Of a stretch of 64,000 bases of DNA, positions 63,430-64,000 are shown one piece after another. How positions within the stretch are numbered: the first letter of the stretch is position 1; the number at the start of each line of letters is the position of its first letter. Under the pieces are notes generated by a model. The model saw only the letters and a list, made by a program, of their open reading frames with translations, was not told the origin of the DNA and did no database searches. Made by a program: the position numbers and the translations under genes. The stretch is taken from contig JBMFNR010000001.1 in NCBI GenBank assembly GCA_049970055.1, positions 416,001 through 480,000 of the forward strand, given 5' to 3'. This DNA is from Fervidobacterium sp. Its GTDB lineage: Bacteria; Thermotogota; Thermotogae; Thermotogales; Fervidobacteriaceae.

Positions 63430-64000
63430 CTATTGCCCTCTGTCTGTATTCAAAAGGATCTGGGCGATTTTCTTACCTGCTTTTCCATCACCGTACAAAT
63501 TCTCAGGATAGGAACCGAAAACATCTTCCATCGAGAGCTGGTATAGATTCTCTACATTTGCCAATTTATTCCACTTAACTTCTATTAGTTCTCTCCAACC
63601 TGTATCTGGCATAAGTACTATTGCTTGTTTTTTTGCAAAGTATGCTTCCTTTTGCAGACCTCCGCTGTCAGTTATCACCTTCCAACTTTTCTTTACAAGA
63701 CCCATCAAATTCAAATAGTCTATCGGTTCTGTTACCATTATGTTGTTCAGATATTTCTCAAGTCTGTACTCGACTATCCTTTTTCTTGTTCTCGGATGGA
63801 TTGGAAATACTATCGGTATCTCTCTTGCTATTTTTTCTACTTGCTCCAGTATTTTCTTTAAGTTCTCTCTGTCATCCACGTTAAAGTCTCTATGAAGCGT
63901 CATCGCAATATATTCATTTTCTGTAAGATTTAGTCTTTCAAAAACTTCATAGCTGAAAAACGGTTCCATCCTTAAATATAGGTCGTACATCACATCCCCT
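63430..64000 (-). CDS. wecB: UDP-N-acetylglucosamine 2-epimerase, non-hydrolysing (5' end outside window)
   Basis: GDVMYD at the window edge, TLHR…NVD, FPIHPRT, TDSGGLQKEA, YGDGKA. Confidence 0.92.
   Translation of the reverse strand, partial: GDVMYDLYLRMEPFFSYEVFERLNLTENEYIAMTLHRDFNVDDRENLKKILEQVEKIAREIPIVFPIHPRTRKRIVEYRLEKYLNNIMVTEPIDYLNLMGLVKKSWKVITDSGGLQKEAYFAKKQAIVLMPDTGWRELIEVKWNKLANVENLYQLSMEDVFGSYPENLYGDGKAGKKIAQILLNTDRGQ

Overview
AT-rich bacterial chromosomal window that looks like a Thermotogota, most likely Fervidobacterium/Thermosipho-like (inferred from the short EF-Ts, gene content and protein style). Positions 1-35 kb are mostly housekeeping and transport genes: rpmE, radC-maf, rnr-ligA-ispD, comF, oppBCDF, uvrC, pyrG, tsf, an H-NOX chemoreceptor, two type IV pilins and a collapsed ABC-transporter pseudogene. 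Positions 35.9-46.1 kb hold an 11-gene lysine-fermentation operon (atoDA-kal-kce-kdd-kamA-maoC-kamBCDE). The right third is accessory: a 7-repeat FN3 lipoprotein, three tiny genes (DUF1659-like, DUF2922-like, holin-like) behind a long SD-occluding hairpin, a sigma54 activator, and a five-gene putative trans-envelope signalling operon (CHASE2 adenylate cyclase, degenerate HD-GYP, DUF3307-like membrane protein, FecR/beta-barrel exported protein, GAF-HD-GYP). It then has an orphan P-loop ATPase, a stand-alone sigma70 region-2 protein, a decayed HsdR_N/SeqA-like nuclease gene and the end of a polysaccharide locus. I saw no rRNA, tRNA, CRISPR array or transposase. All family calls come from motif recognition by eye, not from database searches.
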